From the sequence record NC_105587.1: a stretch of 64,000 bases of DNA, one strand, 5' to 3'. Below are positions 53,052 through 62,606 of this stretch, piece after piece. The notes beneath the pieces were generated by a model that saw only the letters and a list, made by a program, of their open reading frames with translations, made no database searches and had not been told where the DNA came from. How positions within the stretch are numbered: the stretch's first letter is position 1; every line of letters begins with the position of its first letter. Origin of the DNA: Escherichia phage EC100. Both the position numbers and the translations under genes were made by a program.

Positions 53052-54926
53052 ATGAATCGCAATGATGAACTAAAGTACAAGGAAATGCAGTCCTTGATTA
53101 GAAACTGCAAAGAAATTATTGAGGGTTCTGCTGATGAAGAGCTTCTCTTTAATAATGCGAATAAACCCTCTGAGCGTTTCCCTACACAAAGGGATATGCT
53201 TGCAGGGGAATTGAGTAAATATCTGATTCTAGAAGAAATGCCAATTCAGATTCGAAATGCTCATATGATTGGTGATATTCACTTTCATGATGCTGATTAC
53301 GCTGCTTTAGGCATGACTAACTGTTGCCTAGTAGCCCTGGAAGATATGTTGAAAAATGGTATGAAAGTTGGTAATGCTGAAATTAGCACTCCAAACTCTA
53401 TCACTACTGCGGCTGCTATTACAGCTCAGATTATCACACAGGTTAGTTCCCATCAGTATGGAGGTACTTCTGTAGACCGATTAGATGAGGTATTGGCTCC
53501 TTATGTTCGTAAGTCTTATGATAAGAATCATGCGTTTGCAAAACGTTGGACTAAGGATGAAGCCAAAGCATCAGTAATGGCTACGGAGATGACTGAAAAA
53601 GAAGTCTATGATGCTTGTCAAGGTCTAGAGTATGAAATCAATACGATGTTCAACTCTAATGGTCAGAGTCCATTTATTACCTTTGGTTTTGGTCTAGGAA
53701 CTTCTTGGGAAGCACGTCTAGTACAGAAAGCAATACTGAAAGTACGTATGGATGGCTTAGGCATCAATAAACGTACAGCTATCTTTCCGAAACTGGTGTT
53801 TGTTCTGCGTGATGGCGTAAATATGAAGCCAGGAGATGTTAATTATGACATCAAGAAGTTAGCTATGAAATGTACTGCTGAACGTATGTATCCGGACTAT
53901 ATAAGCTATGATAAGGTTGTGGAAGTTACGGGCGACTATAAAGTTTCTATGGGCTGCCGTTCATTCCTAGCTGCTACAGAAGATGGTGAAACTGCCGGTC
54001 GTAATAACTTAGGTGTTGTTTCTATAAACTTGCCTAGAATTGCTATCGAAGCTGAGGGGAATATTGATCTATTCTTTGATTTGCTTGAGTTACGTGTGGA
54101 TACAGCGTTAAAAGCATTGGAGTGGAGGGTTGATCGCTTAAAATACATTCAAGCTAAAGCCGCACCCATCCTCTATATGTCAGGAGCCTTTGGATTACGC
54201 TTAGGGCCTGATGAGTATGTATTCGATCATTTCTATAACCGTGCTTCTGTATCTCTGGGGTATATTGGTTGCCATGAAATGTTACAGTTCATGTTTGGCA
54301 AAGATGTGGATACAATGTCAGACACCTGTATTAAGTTTGTACAACGTGTTCTACAGTATATGCGGGATAGAGTGGATCAGAAGAAGGAAGAGACTCAGTT
54401 AGGCTATAGTCTGTATGCTACACCATCAGAGTCCCTATGTGATCGCTTTTGTCGTCTAGACCATGAATATTTCCCGGAGCATGAAGATATTCTGTCCAAA
54501 GGTTACTACACTAACTCACACCACCTCGATGTGGAGCGTAAGGTTGCTCCAAACGTGAAGTTTGACTATGAATCTAATTTTACTCCAATTGCATCTGGTG
54601 GGTGTATTTCCTACGTGGAATTACCAGACATGAAACGATTCCCAGATGCACTGGAATGGGTTATTAACTATGCTGCTAGTAAGGTTCATTACTTTGGTAT
54701 TAATACTCCAGTGGATTCTTGTGGTAAATGTGGATTCTTAGGTGAAACAGTAGCATCCGAAGATGGATTCAAGTGCCCTATCTGTGGTAATCATGACCCT
54801 GAAACTCTTGAAGTAACTCGTCGAGTTTGTGGGTATCTTGGAAATCCAGGTGCTCGTCCGTTTAACCCAGGCAAACAACATGAGGTTATGGGCAGGGTGA
54901 AACATCAGGATATTCTAGCTAAATAA
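53052..54926 (+). CDS. nrdD: anaerobic ribonucleoside-triphosphate reductase
   Basis: 624 aa; C-terminal Zn ribbon 'CGKCGF...CPICG' and glycyl-radical motif 'RVCGYLG'. Confidence 0.85.
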   Translation: MNRNDELKYKEMQSLIRNCKEIIEGSADEELLFNNANKPSERFPTQRDMLAGELSKYLILEEMPIQIRNAHMIGDIHFHDADYAALGMTNCCLVALEDMLKNGMKVGNAEISTPNSITTAAAITAQIITQVSSHQYGGTSVDRLDEVLAPYVRKSYDKNHAFAKRWTKDEAKASVMATEMTEKEVYDACQGLEYEINTMFNSNGQSPFITFGFGLGTSWEARLVQKAILKVRMDGLGINKRTAIFPKLVFVLRDGVNMKPGDVNYDIKKLAMKCTAERMYPDYISYDKVVEVTGDYKVSMGCRSFLAATEDGETAGRNNLGVVSINLPRIAIEAEGNIDLFFDLLELRVDTALKALEWRVDRLKYIQAKAAPILYMSGAFGLRLGPDEYVFDHFYNRASVSLGYIGCHEMLQFMFGKDVDTMSDTCIKFVQRVLQYMRDRVDQKKEETQLGYSLYATPSESLCDRFCRLDHEYFPEHEDILSKGYYTNSHHLDVERKVAPNVKFDYESNFTPIASGGCISYVELPDMKRFPDALEWVINYAASKVHYFGINTPVDSCGKCGFLGETVASEDGFKCPICGNHDPETLEVTRRVCGYLGNPGARPFNPGKQHEVMGRVKHQDILAK

Positions 54927-54928
54927 GC

Positions 54929-54960
54929 TAATCAGCCAGGTTGCTAGTCGACCTGGCTTT
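54929..54960 (+). terminator. rho-independent terminator downstream of nrdD
   Basis: AGCCAGGT-loop-ACCTGGCT then TTTTATTTT. Confidence 0.65.
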
Positions 54961-54968
54961 TATTTTAT

Positions 54969-54997
54969 TTGCTTTCAGCTAAAAATTTATGTATAAT
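54969..54997 (+). promoter_or_regulatory. strong sigma70 early promoter (PN25 type)
   Basis: TTGCTT/17 bp/TATAAT followed by 'AGATTTATAAATTTGAGAGGAG' leader. Confidence 0.65.
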
Positions 54998-55025
54998 AGA
55001 TTTATAAATTTGAGAGGAGAAAGAT

Positions 55026-55238
55026 ATGAGGATTCATAAGGTAGATAAAGATCGTATCTATTTTGTTATGGACTCAGGAGCATATGGTTCCATTCTCTGT
55101 GAGGATATAACTAAATTATGTTTAGTAAATACTTGGATGGACGAAGAGAAGATTGATCCTAGGGCGGGATTGTGCTTATCTGAGCCCGCCCTTTCTATTG
55201 CTAATGCAGAAATTGAAATGTTTGAGGAACAAGAATGA
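55026..55238 (+). CDS. hypothetical protein
   Basis: 70 aa; GGAGA RBS; promoter upstream. Confidence 0.5.
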   Translation: MRIHKVDKDRIYFVMDSGAYGSILCEDITKLCLVNTWMDEEKIDPRAGLCLSEPALSIANAEIEMFEEQE

Positions 55239-55438
55239 AAAACGTAAAACATCTTAAATATCGCTTAATTTACAACGGACGTATGGAAACAGAAGATCTG
55301 GCCCAACTAGCTATTAATTCTAATGAGGTTACAGTGCGTGCACTGGCAATTGAAAAGTTGCGTGCTTCTTATGAAAATCGTGTTATGGAACTAGAGGAGA
55401 AACTTTATGGACTTCTTGAATCAGAATCTAAAAAGTAA
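55235..55438 (+). CDS. hypothetical protein
   Basis: 67 aa, start overlaps upstream stop. Confidence 0.45.
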   Translation: MKNVKHLKYRLIYNGRMETEDLAQLAINSNEVTVRALAIEKLRASYENRVMELEEKLYGLLESESKK

Positions 55439-55601
55439 TCCAGAAAACATGCTTATTGAGCAGTGGAACTTTGGTTATAATGCTGGTGTAGCTACTTGTA
55501 TTGCTAGATTGGATATGCTTATTAAACAAGAAAAGGTACGCCCGGAGGAAGCAATTTTACTCCGAAATATTATCGAAGGATTTAAGCAAGGAATCGTATA
55601 G
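55407..55601 (+). CDS. hypothetical protein
   Basis: 64-aa ORF. Confidence 0.4.
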   Translation: MDFLNQNLKSNPENMLIEQWNFGYNAGVATCIARLDMLIKQEKVRPEEAILLRNIIEGFKQGIV

Positions 55602-56437
55602 TGCGTAGATTAATTATTATTAGCGGTGCGGGTTTGAGTGTTGAAAGTGGTGTACGAGCTTTTCGTACTGATACTGCTAGTGGTAAAGCATTGTGGGATG
55701 ATTATGACTTAGAAGAGGTATGTAATATTCATGCCTTTCGTGGTAATTTTTATCATAAAACTCATATGTTTTACAACAAGCGTCGTGAAGAGCTAAAAAC
55801 TGTTGAACCCAATCTTGCACACTTGCGTATTGGTGAATGGTATAAGAAATATCCGGGTCAAGTAGTAAACTTGACTACCAACGTTGATGACCTTATTGAG
55901 CGTGCTGGCGTTCCACATAGTGACATTCTGCACATTCATGGGTATTTAAAAGAGGTTGTTGTAGCTGATAGCTACAATAGTAGCAATAAACGAATTATTG
56001 ATATTGGGTATAGCTCTATTGACCCAGATGATTATAAATGGGTTAAACCTAATGTAATCTTCTTCGGGGAACATGCTCCAGCATATGCAGAAATGTACAA
56101 TGTTTTTGATGGTATTACCAGTCAAGATATGATCATTGTGGTTGGTTGCTCTAATCAAGTAATTAACTTCTACTGGGAATTATTCCCTGTTCTTAATCTG
56201 ACTTCTGCAAAACTTATGGTAGTTAACTACTATGATAGTGCTCTAGCGGTGGAACCAGGCTATCAAGGTATGACTCGTAGTGAGATGTACCAATTGGAAG
56301 AACGCGGTATCCCTTACTGGAGTAAAGGTGCGGTAGATGCTTTCAGTGACCCTGGTTTTATTGCTCGTGTAGAAGCCCATTTAGAGGGTAGACCTTATGT
56401 GCCGGAGAGAATGGGGAACAAATATGTCCATAGTTAA
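55601..56437 (+). CDS. Sir2-family (sirtuin-like) NAD-dependent enzyme
   Basis: 278 aa; 'GAGLSVESGVRAFR', 'NVDDL...AG', catalytic-His 'HIHG', 'NVIFFGE'; no Zn-ribbon cysteines. Confidence 0.65.
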   Translation: MRRLIIISGAGLSVESGVRAFRTDTASGKALWDDYDLEEVCNIHAFRGNFYHKTHMFYNKRREELKTVEPNLAHLRIGEWYKKYPGQVVNLTTNVDDLIERAGVPHSDILHIHGYLKEVVVADSYNSSNKRIIDIGYSSIDPDDYKWVKPNVIFFGEHAPAYAEMYNVFDGITSQDMIIVVGCSNQVINFYWELFPVLNLTSAKLMVVNYYDSALAVEPGYQGMTRSEMYQLEERGIPYWSKGAVDAFSDPGFIARVEAHLEGRPYVPERMGNKYVHS

Positions 56438-56606
56438 ATCTGTGTATACACATCCCGATGATATATTTGTATGGGCGGATGGTAGTTGGTGTTATCGATG
56501 TGAGCTATGGGAAATGGACTATAAATCCGATGACTATGGTGTCATATATGTTGATACGGCTGAGTATGATACGTTCTTAGAAAGGAACAAAAATGGAAAT
56601 AAGTAA
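56424..56606 (+). CDS. hypothetical protein
   Basis: ORF trimmed to internal Met. Confidence 0.35.
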   Translation: MSIVKSVYTHPDDIFVWADGSWCYRCELWEMDYKSDDYGVIYVDTAEYDTFLERNKNGNK

Positions 56607-57099
56607 TACTCCAATTATTTTTCTAGACATTGATGGGGTGCTTAATTCGAGCATCTCCCACCATCATGCACCTGATGATGAAAAGATTTTCTTTGGAAGT
56701 GACTGGGTTTTTAAACCACTTCTCAAGGCTTTTCAGGACTTTATTCGTCCTTCTCCAATAATGATTGTTGGGGTATCTTCATGGTTCTCTGTCAAGAATG
56801 AGATGGAGAACGTTCAGATTATGGCCGGATTAGATCTTATCGATCGTTTTCTTGGTACAACGGATTTTACTGGTGGTGGGCTATCTAGAGGTAATTCTGT
56901 TCTTCGCTTCGTTGAAAAGCATAAGCTCAAACATTGGTGTGTGCTGGATGACGCTGGTGCTATGATGTATCAGTATCCAACGGTTATAGTCAACGGTAGA
57001 ACTGGAATAAATCTTCAAGATTTAAGAGCTGTTAGCTATATGTTAGAATTTAGTCCAGATCTTGAAATGTGTAAAGCCCTACAACAATTTAAGGTGTAA
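56593..57099 (+). CDS. HAD-like phosphatase (tentative)
   Basis: 168 aa; 'IIFLDIDGVLNS' DxDGV motif I. Confidence 0.5.
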   Translation: MEISNTPIIFLDIDGVLNSSISHHHAPDDEKIFFGSDWVFKPLLKAFQDFIRPSPIMIVGVSSWFSVKNEMENVQIMAGLDLIDRFLGTTDFTGGGLSRGNSVLRFVEKHKLKHWCVLDDAGAMMYQYPTVIVNGRTGINLQDLRAVSYMLEFSPDLEMCKALQQFKV

Positions 57100-57101
57100 A
57101 T

Positions 57102-57530
57102 ATGTTCAATAATGTATTCTCTAAAGAAGCTAACCCAATATTGGTTAATTTTTGGCGTACTCTTCCAGACAACCTGTACAATGAGGCTATTAATGCTCTG
57201 AAAATATGGTGTGAGAATAATGAAATCTCCTTTGCTTTTAAAGGTGAGATTGAAGAAGCTCCCTGTATTGGTTTAATTGTGCAGGTAGAGGATGGCTTTG
57301 AAGAGATTGTCGGCTGGAAAGAGTTAGATGAAATGGGCTTGGTTTTTGCGTTAAACTATAAGCTGTTTATGCCTAATAAGCACCGTATTGTTGTTAACTA
57401 TAAAACCAGTGAATCTCCGGGCTTTCAAGTTAATGAACATTACGGTTGGTCTTACTCACCGGAAGAAGTAAATGATGGTATACAAAAACTTCGTCGTTTT
57501 GGTTATCAAATTCCGGGTTTAACCGCCTAA
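57102..57530 (+). CDS. hypothetical protein (paralog of next gene)
   Basis: 142 aa; shares 'W.ELDEMGL..ALN..LF' and C-terminal 'G..IPGL' with 57541..57933. Confidence 0.5.
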   Translation: MFNNVFSKEANPILVNFWRTLPDNLYNEAINALKIWCENNEISFAFKGEIEEAPCIGLIVQVEDGFEEIVGWKELDEMGLVFALNYKLFMPNKHRIVVNYKTSESPGFQVNEHYGWSYSPEEVNDGIQKLRRFGYQIPGLTA

Positions 57531-57540
57531 AGGGGGCACA

Positions 57541-57933
57541 ATGGAACAAGTATATTGGCGTCAGATTGATCCTAGTTTGGTGAAGCGTGCGGAGAAGCTG
57601 CTACAACGTTGGTTGGGGGTAAGACAAGCCTCCTTCACTTTTCCGGAGCAGCAAATAGACGATCCCTGTGTTGGTGTTTTCCTATCAGGCTACGCTAGGG
57701 AATGGGAATTGGATTGGAATGAATTGTCTGCTATGGGTTTAATTGTTGCACTAAATTTCTCTTTGTTCCATCCACGTGGTTTGGCCATATGTCGTGTGCC
57801 TGATGACGGTTGTTCGCCCCATCTTTTACAGGTGGAAGATGATATTTGGGAGTACACTCCAGATATTCTCAAAGAAGCCAAAGAACAATTAAACCGTGTT
57901 GGGATCTATGTTCCGGGGCTAAATGATAAATGA
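57541..57933 (+). CDS. hypothetical protein (paralog of previous gene)
   Basis: 130 aa; GGGGG RBS; terminator follows. Confidence 0.5.
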   Translation: MEQVYWRQIDPSLVKRAEKLLQRWLGVRQASFTFPEQQIDDPCVGVFLSGYAREWELDWNELSAMGLIVALNFSLFHPRGLAICRVPDDGCSPHLLQVEDDIWEYTPDILKEAKEQLNRVGIYVPGLNDK

Positions 57934-57957
57934 TTTTTATTAGTTGACCTCTGATTA

Positions 57958-57985
57958 CCGAGTCATTTTGGCTCGGTTTTCTCTA
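57958..57985 (+). terminator. rho-independent terminator
   Basis: CCGAGTCA-TTTTG-GCTCGG then TTTTCT. Confidence 0.55.
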
Positions 57986-58024
57986 TGCTCAAAGACACTG
58001 ATAGCACCATCCGGAAAATTTTAC

Positions 58025-58053
58025 TTGCAGGATGCCCAAAATCTTGATATAAT
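58025..58053 (+). promoter_or_regulatory. putative extended -10 sigma70 promoter
   Basis: TTGCAG/17 bp/TGaTATAAT; ~490 nt upstream of GTG 58551. Confidence 0.4.
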
Positions 58054-58550
58054 ATTTATATTGAATTGAGAGACATTAGTAAAAATTGATTTTGCTAATT
58101 TTTCTTGTTTACAATCCGCGATACGGAACAGTTAGGCTGCCCCATTAAGGGTTGTTTTAACTATTACTAGTGTTTATATTGCATTAGTTAATCTTCAATT
58201 AAGTGATCTGTGTACCCTGAATTCGGAAAGGTAAATCCAAACCGTGCATATTTAGCTCGTTATATAGGCAGAGTTTTATATGGGGGTGCGAACGAAAAGA
58301 GCAGCGAATGGCGGCACGTACAGTAGTCACCTACCAATAGGATAGTGAGGACAAATAGAATCGGCTTAGCGGCCAATGACCTAGGTTCTATTCTGTATAT
58401 GAGCGAAGAGAGCACAGCACTGAGATATGATAACTTATTCATATTGTTTGATGATAATTGATGTTTACGTAAATAGTAGTAATAGTTGTTCTATTCTTTC
58501 TGAATAGTCCTAAAGAAAAGATTTCGATTAACCAACACAGGAGTATTGTT

Positions 58551-60389
58551 GTGTTTTCTATCCTTCAAGGTCACGCCGGATTTTCTCGTGATTTAGCAAC
58601 AGGTATTTGGCGAGAAATCAAAGCGGAAGATTATACCTTTGCCAAGCGATTCTCGAAAGAGCATCCAGAAGGTAAACCAGCTTCTATGCCCTTCAAATTT
58701 GATGTAATAGAAGAGCACGACCCACAAAGCCTTGCCGAAATGTTACCCCTTATGAGACGTTTAACGTCTGACCCTCATATCGTTGCGGTACGAGGTCGAT
58801 GTCTTGCACCTAAAAATAATGTGCGACGTAAGAAAGGTAACTTTAATGTATCTAATCCTAGTAATATTATTGCTATGGACGTGGATGGTATCCTAGATAC
58901 CGGTGGGTACGACAAATTTAATCTTGTTGGTATGGCCCGCCACATTATTAAGATGTTGAATAGTATTAGTGAGGATATGTTTCCTCTTGATGCAGGCTTT
59001 ATAGCTCATGCATCATCTTCGGCTGGGCTAAAACCAGGTATCCGAATGCACTTAATGCTAGAATCTAACGTCAAGGTAACTCAGGGTCAGCTAAAGTTCT
59101 TATTTACATCTATCAACGATAGTAGTAAGCAAAAATTTGGTTTTGATATTGCCGACCTAGCTTATTATTCATCTGTCCAGCTCCACTATTTTGCCGACCC
59201 CTTATTTAGCGATGGTATTGTTGATCCGTTTAAAGCGGAGAGTAAGCCACGTCTGGTGTATGTTAAAGGTTCGAAAGTAAATTTGCCCAATAATCTAGTT
59301 GACTATGAAACAACTAGAGGGGAGTTTAAGGAAGAGTTTTATTCTTTACTTGATCAAATTAAAGGCAAAAAGATTGCTTCTGATAAAGTAGAAGAAACCA
59401 TCAGCGAGTTAGAAGAGGCTGATGATGGAGTGTATTTGCGTATTATCCCCAAACTATACCATAGAGCATTAGAGGATGGTGTTGATTTTGCATGGCTAGA
59501 ACGTGAGATTAAACCAGCTTTATCTGAATATATTGCAACTAAAGATAACAGTCGTAATATTCAAGATTACTTTAATAACGGTCGTAAGCAGGCTCTCAAA
59601 GCGTTTGTTAATAATTCTAAACGTGAGATTCCATTAAATCTGAAAGGTGTTCCACTTAAGAAATTAGAAGTGGATTCTCCACCAGAAGTTCCATACCTGA
59701 AGATTAATATTGTGCCCCCAAAAGGCCATATAACATTTGTTAAGGCAAGTCTTGGTACGGGTAAAACTACGGCAGTAACTAAATGGCTGGACGCAGGTGT
59801 TCTTCCGGGCAACTTTTTAGCAGTTACAAATACTAGAGCACTGGTATCTTCAAATGCCAAGAAATTTAGTGCAGGACAATACGATAAGTCTGTAGATATG
59901 CTCAACTTTAAGCGTGGAGCTATTGATCGTATGTCCACAACTATTCACTCTTTGCATAAGTTCAAAAGTTTTATTGGGCAAATAGACACCATTTTTATTG
60001 ATGAATGTGACGCTGTAATGAATGACCTATTATTCGCCCCTGTTGTTAAACAACGTCGTGAGTGTATTCAAGTTCTACGTGACATCCTCATGACAGCTAA
60101 GACTGTAATCTTATCCGATGGTGATATTAGTGCTGAGACGATTGAAGCATATGGTTCTCTAATTGATTTTGATAAACCGGTTGCATTTTATAATCATCAC
60201 CGTAAAATGCTGTCAAAAGCTCATGCTTATGAGTTCCCTGATGAGTCCAGTATTTGGGTTGCACTTCAGACTTCTCTAGAGATGGGTGAGAAATCTATTC
60301 TAGTATCTGATTGTGGCCCGGATGAGCTAAATGAGAAAGGTATGGCACTGCGTCGTAATACGGGTGCGTTAGTTAAGGAAATCCATTGA
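58551..60389 (+). CDS. replication protein, N-terminal part (primase-polymerase-like plus P-loop NTPase)
   Basis: GTG start after ACAGGAG RBS; 'IAMDVDG' and 'HASSSAG..IRMHLM' (AEP-like), Walker A 'SLGTGKTT', Walker B 'IFIDECD'; ends at TGA 60387-60389. Confidence 0.6.
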   Translation: MFSILQGHAGFSRDLATGIWREIKAEDYTFAKRFSKEHPEGKPASMPFKFDVIEEHDPQSLAEMLPLMRRLTSDPHIVAVRGRCLAPKNNVRRKKGNFNVSNPSNIIAMDVDGILDTGGYDKFNLVGMARHIIKMLNSISEDMFPLDAGFIAHASSSAGLKPGIRMHLMLESNVKVTQGQLKFLFTSINDSSKQKFGFDIADLAYYSSVQLHYFADPLFSDGIVDPFKAESKPRLVYVKGSKVNLPNNLVDYETTRGEFKEEFYSLLDQIKGKKIASDKVEETISELEEADDGVYLRIIPKLYHRALEDGVDFAWLEREIKPALSEYIATKDNSRNIQDYFNNGRKQALKAFVNNSKREIPLNLKGVPLKKLEVDSPPEVPYLKINIVPPKGHITFVKASLGTGKTTAVTKWLDAGVLPGNFLAVTNTRALVSSNAKKFSAGQYDKSVDMLNFKRGAIDRMSTTIHSLHKFKSFIGQIDTIFIDECDAVMNDLLFAPVVKQRRECIQVLRDILMTAKTVILSDGDISAETIEAYGSLIDFDKPVAFYNHHRKMLSKAHAYEFPDESSIWVALQTSLEMGEKSILVSDCGPDELNEKGMALRRNTGALVKEIH

Positions 60390-60404
60390 AACTCTACCTC
60401 AGAT

Positions 60405-61340
60405 GTGGATATTCGACGTATTCTGGATTACACAACTAATGAACTAATTGATCAACAAATTGATTGCTTATTATGTAGTCCATCCGTAACGAGTGGTGTT
60501 GACTTTAACTATTTTGATAACGTATTTGTGATTACTAGAACTAGTAATCAAGCGCCAAACATGCGTTTCCAAGCAATCAGGCGCGACCGTGGTGCTCAGA
60601 ATATCTATTATTTTATTGATAAATCCACTAGTGGATTCTCCGCAGGTTCTGAACAATATAATATTGATGAGGGTTGGCTGGAGTTAGCACAGCAATTATA
60701 TGCACGTCGCAGGGAGCTGGAATCTAGGAACTATACTAGTACTTTACGTTATTACTTGCTTGATCAGGGTGCAACTATTGATATTTTCAGTGAAAGCTGG
60801 GGAACTATTGAAGGTGCTGGTAAAGAGTACACAGAAGAGCGAATCAAAGCTATTCTGCACTCAACTCCTGATTATTGTGCTCCACGTCATGCGGATGCGT
60901 ATGAAGCTAAGCTACTTCTTGTTCGCTATTATCATCTCGAGTCTATTAAAGATGTAACAGTTGAGCATGTTGAACAATATATAAAAGATAAACCGAATGA
61001 TCGAGCTGCATTCTTCCATAAGATGCACGAGATGTTCTGGGAAGATATTAAGAAGTGTTCAAATGTGACCATTAAACCATTCATAGAGGCTCTGAAAGGT
61101 AAGAAGAAAGATTTCTTCCTTAAAACCGGTCAGAGTGCTAACCCAAAATATGCTAGAATGTATCTTGGCATGATGGGTATTGGTAAGGATATGAACACGG
61201 AGAATATCGTAGACTGGTACAGAACCTACTGTAAAATCGAGTGTATGCCAATTCCTTATAAATTCATGACTGACGAGGAAAAACATATGCACGATGAAGC
61301 AATGTCAGAGCTAGGTGCTAGAAATGACAGTGAAGAATAA
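60405..61340 (+). CDS. replication protein, C-terminal part (same frame as 58551..60389)
   Basis: 311 aa; in frame with upstream ORF, separated by a single TGA plus 5 codons. Confidence 0.5.
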   Translation: MDIRRILDYTTNELIDQQIDCLLCSPSVTSGVDFNYFDNVFVITRTSNQAPNMRFQAIRRDRGAQNIYYFIDKSTSGFSAGSEQYNIDEGWLELAQQLYARRRELESRNYTSTLRYYLLDQGATIDIFSESWGTIEGAGKEYTEERIKAILHSTPDYCAPRHADAYEAKLLLVRYYHLESIKDVTVEHVEQYIKDKPNDRAAFFHKMHEMFWEDIKKCSNVTIKPFIEALKGKKKDFFLKTGQSANPKYARMYLGMMGIGKDMNTENIVDWYRTYCKIECMPIPYKFMTDEEKHMHDEAMSELGARNDSEE

Positions 61341-61557
61341 AAAATGGGAAACAAGGAAGTTTCCAGTAAAAGAACGTAAAGTTCCTGTTTATGATACTTC
61401 GGAAAAGCTATGTAGGGTGGTACCACATAGATTAGCTGGTATCCCTAACATATCCGAGTGGTTACTTAAACAACGGAGGACTAACGTATCTCTTCGCATA
61501 GGGTTTGAGTTAGATAAAGTATATGCTGAACTTTCTTCTTTGCTCAAGGAATCGTAA
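61324..61557 (+). CDS. hypothetical protein
   Basis: ORF trimmed to internal Met; overlaps end of previous gene. Confidence 0.35.
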   Translation: MTVKNKKWETRKFPVKERKVPVYDTSEKLCRVVPHRLAGIPNISEWLLKQRRTNVSLRIGFELDKVYAELSSLLKES

Positions 61558-61565
61558 AAATTTAT

Positions 61566-61594
61566 TTGCTTTCAGGAAAATTTTTCTGTATAAT
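61566..61594 (+). promoter_or_regulatory. T5 PN25-type early promoter
   Basis: 'TTTATTTGCTTTCAGGAAAATTTTTCTGTATAATAGATTCATAAATTTGAGAGAGGAG' matches remembered PN25 sequence. Confidence 0.75.
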
Positions 61595-61625
61595 AGATTC
61601 ATAAATTTGAGAGAGGAGTTTAAAT

Positions 61626-62330
61626 ATGGCTGGTTCTCGCAGAAAGAAACATATCCATGAAATCCCGGATGAAGTCTTTAAAAAAGTTATAGAGCATCTG
61701 GAGAATGGTGGTACTAAGAAAGCAGCATGTGAAATGCTCGGCGTATCATCCAATCCAACTATGGAAAGGATGATTGAAGAATGGCAAGACCGCCAGATTC
61801 AAGTTGCCGAAATGAAGAAAAAGAAACGTGGCACACTTATTGAAGGCATAGAGTTAGCCAACGTTATTGAGCAGTATTTATCTGGTGATTCTTTTGAAGA
61901 AATTGCCGATCGTAATTATCGCTCTGTAGCAATGGTTAAATCTGTTCTGGAACGATATGGTGCTCTACTTCGTTTTAACGATATTGTAGATCCATTGAAT
62001 CCTCCAATTATTCCTGATGATGCTGTAGCAGAAGAATTTGCAGTTGGTGAGCTTGTTTGGGTTCCTGGATACCAGTGTATCGGTGAAATCAAAAAAGCAA
62101 TGGATAATCCTGTTGGTTGTTACCGTGTTTGGCTTCTATCAGAAGGCAAACAACAGAACGTTCATTATATGAATTACGAGCTGGCTTCTGTTAAACATCT
62201 GGAAAAGTTAGGAGTAGACGTAAAATCTTTAGGATATAAGTGGACTCGTGAAGAAATTATTACGTTGATTAACGAAGCTGTTAAGGCCGCCTTGAAACTT
62301 GATAAAGAAAAAGGAAAACGCCGTGAGTAA
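61626..62330 (+). CDS. hypothetical protein with N-terminal HTH-like region
   Basis: 234 aa; GAGGAG RBS; PN25-type promoter upstream. Confidence 0.6.
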   Translation: MAGSRRKKHIHEIPDEVFKKVIEHLENGGTKKAACEMLGVSSNPTMERMIEEWQDRQIQVAEMKKKKRGTLIEGIELANVIEQYLSGDSFEEIADRNYRSVAMVKSVLERYGALLRFNDIVDPLNPPIIPDDAVAEEFAVGELVWVPGYQCIGEIKKAMDNPVGCYRVWLLSEGKQQNVHYMNYELASVKHLEKLGVDVKSLGYKWTREEIITLINEAVKAALKLDKEKGKRRE

Positions 62331-62586
62331 ACTAACAGATTTGCTTAAAGATGGAGATGTAAAATATCTCCAGCGGGATAGCTGGGGTAACTGGGATGCT
62401 CGTACTTATTACTCTACTATTATAAAAGTAGATGTTGATAATAATGATATTGTCGAGTTTACCTGGTGGCCCAATGAAGATGGGTATACCAAGTTCGGTA
62501 TAAAAGACGCAACATGGAAAACCACCTCCCTAACCCTAGAAGAAGCTCTGGCGGATGATTGGGAGATCGTTGAGCTAGATGTGTAG
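62323..62586 (+). CDS. hypothetical protein
   Basis: ORF trimmed to GTG 62323 preceded by AAGGAAAA. Confidence 0.4.
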   Translation: MSKLTDLLKDGDVKYLQRDSWGNWDARTYYSTIIKVDVDNNDIVEFTWWPNEDGYTKFGIKDATWKTTSLTLEEALADDWEIVELDV

Positions 62587-62606
62587 CAATTACTGAAAAA
62601 TTTCAG

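Noticed and set aside
60387-60389. TGA read as selenocysteine
   Set aside because: No tRNA-Sec-like gene or SECIS-like hairpin recognised immediately downstream; read-through or mutation considered more plausible.
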